Assembly (NCBI GenBank): GCA_963579025.1
Contig: CAUZFZ010000022.1
Coordinates: forward strand, 15,459 to 79,458
DNA: 64,000 bases
Source of the DNA: Planctomycetota bacterium
Lineage (GTDB): Bacteria > Planctomycetota > Planctomycetia > Planctomycetales > Planctomycetaceae
Direction of reading: 5' to 3'
Part shown: positions 63,601-64,000 of the stretch, piece after piece
Numbering within the stretch: position 1 is the stretch's first letter
How the letters are laid out: each line of letters begins with the position of its first letter
Notes under the pieces: generated by a model
Seen by the model: only the letters and a program-made list of their open reading frames with translations
Databases searched by the model: none
Told to the model about the DNA's origin: nothing
Position numbers and translations under genes: made by a program

Positions 63601-64000
63601 GACTCAACCGGCCCAACGAAGCCATCGCCGATTTCGAGGCAGCACTGCGAGTCAATCCGGAGAACGCCGAAGCGTACTCCGCGCGGGGCTTCCTGCTGGC
63701 GCTTGGTAATCCCTCGATGTCAGCCGAGCGTGCGGCACTGCAGGCCATTCTACACGGCGCGGGCGACTATCTGATCCTGCATAACGTCGCGTGCATTTAC
63801 GCCGAACTCGCCGCACGTTCGCCGGAACGTGCCTCCGATTACGAACAGGCCGCGCTGGACGTTCTTTCGCGAGGACTGCACCTTTGGCAGAAAGGAAATC
63901 GCTCTGGACCGAACGCCATTCAATTGGCCCGTCATGAACCGTCGTTCCGCATCCTCTCGAAACAGGTGGGCTTCCTGAAGCTCCTTGAGACCGCCGAACA
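60627..64000 (+). CDS. Ser/Thr protein kinase with a TM helix and C-terminal TPR repeats. C-terminus lies beyond the window end.
   Basis: Not in the ORF track because it has no stop in the window. There is an in-frame ATG at 60627 immediately after TGA at 60624-60626 (MELTVPDPGHPNEP...). Kinase motifs HGGVGNIWKAH, AYKEL, HRDLKPQNVML, DWGLARI, YMPPEQ. TM IAGTIAAIVFLVLVQFAW. TPR-like helical repeats follow to the window end. Confidence 0.8.
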   Translation, partial: MELTVPDPGHPNEPDPAVGRDDPPADATRGPDDNDLTVIPREAPVARETVVVPDDENTILDEDAASDEAATIAETVDGQVGKTRSRSSPDESRSTSSTRLNFSKSAESETHTAVSDGPRYDLVDNFAHGGVGNIWKAHDQRLQRNVAYKELLPRALRRPRLVERFVQEAQITGQLEHPGIVPIYDLGWQDNGAPFYAMKLINGTEMKDRIGQLHKLPKDSVEYRRAFVKLLHNFIDTCNALAFAHQRGVLHRDLKPQNVMLGEYGETLVLDWGLARILTSNKESATGGVTVSGDYHENLDVGEESADESLADGVQDSDATKIVGEPGDPYQAPTHIVTTIKTSSRSEGTETRYGSVMGTLAYMPPEQAEGKIDLMDARTDIYSLGAILYEILVNDAPIPRGPMEQMIDYIVHEPIKPPIEIDSSTSRQLNAIALKALSKRREDRFASALDLAQDVEDYLAGEPVSAYPEPWYDTARRWARRHQKQIAGTIAAIVFLVLVQFAWSLRTENQQLAAVEKARSDVAAFEQLADEAQYFAATSDRLDENTPYYDPALAEQAADAALKISAMWGKQLEKLPIDELRSSVREPLHSLLLVTVQSRLQQNLDEESTRTLQAMLERAAALNGESESLLRLQAAIAGQHSPGSGETPAEESAALTAGKTALDHFLAAEELRRTASRSGNTDGDEWNAHADLIEQAIAGYRAAIRLRSNHFWSHFQIGRCYLSLGRYAEGVETLGACIALRPESPWSYSARGLALAMLQRYEDAITDLNRAIELDASFLPAKLNLGVTHWMAGNIDPAVDVFTELLQDPNDPQLAEAAYYRASIRWNSGDTSDAISDLEAVLTARPGLAPARLLRSQIHFLTGEMELGKLDLNLWLASTQRNVMPATKGDKFDADNWQACFERARFVRRLLSSSIPEHVTVNRKGLLEFALTELQAAITQGGKSADLFSEAGSVLELMGAGPDAHAAYSKSLETKPDNDTLLVKRGWLLALRLNRPNEAIADFEAALRVNPENAEAYSARGFLLALGNPSMSAERAALQAILHGAGDYLILHNVACIYAELAARSPERASDYEQAALDVLSRGLHLWQKGNRSGPNAIQLARHEPSFRILSKQVGFLKLLETAE

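Overview
High-GC (~60%) chromosomal segment whose gene content points to Planctomycetota (Pirellulales-like). That content is three PSCyt/DUF1549/DUF1553 genes, two DUF1501 genes, two sulfatases, a giant BNR/FG-GAP surface protein, two Ser/Thr kinases and a histone H1-like protein. I call about 38 protein-coding genes and no rRNA, tRNA or CRISPR.

Two real genes run off the window edges and are absent from the ORF track. One is a DSD1/D-threonine-aldolase-like PLP enzyme at 1..956 (-). The other is a Ser/Thr kinase with C-terminal TPR at 60627..64000 (+), starting at an in-frame ATG at 60627 directly after a TGA.

Most track ORFs lying antisense to the long genes are shadow ORFs typical of high-GC DNA and are not called.

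Candidates worth a second look:
- An AT-rich pair of ~32-bp inverted repeats brackets a four-helix-bundle gene (TIGR02436 / 23S-rRNA-IVS / Avd-like). It is inserted exactly between a DUF1501 gene and its DUF1553 partner.
- A 1289-aa fusion joins an Hsp70-type ATPase, a transmembrane helix and a terpene-cyclase-like alpha-toroid with QW motifs. It sits next to a degenerate flavin-halogenase-like FAD enzyme and a radical-SAM enzyme, all on one strand.
- A ~2.2-kb lower-GC islet (about 50 % GC) carries a HEAT-repeat gene and an LRR gene. Each is preceded by the same AGGGGCGGCGTCGG-N9-CCGTTGG motif.
- A 76-aa ORF downstream of an ECF sigma factor has a double-glycine-leader-like LDTDELKSIFGAG motif.
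- A co-directional module combines an SPFH/coiled-coil/GYF-like protein, an FHA protein and a Ser/Thr kinase with a LamG ectodomain.

All annotation is from reading the translations. No database search was possible.
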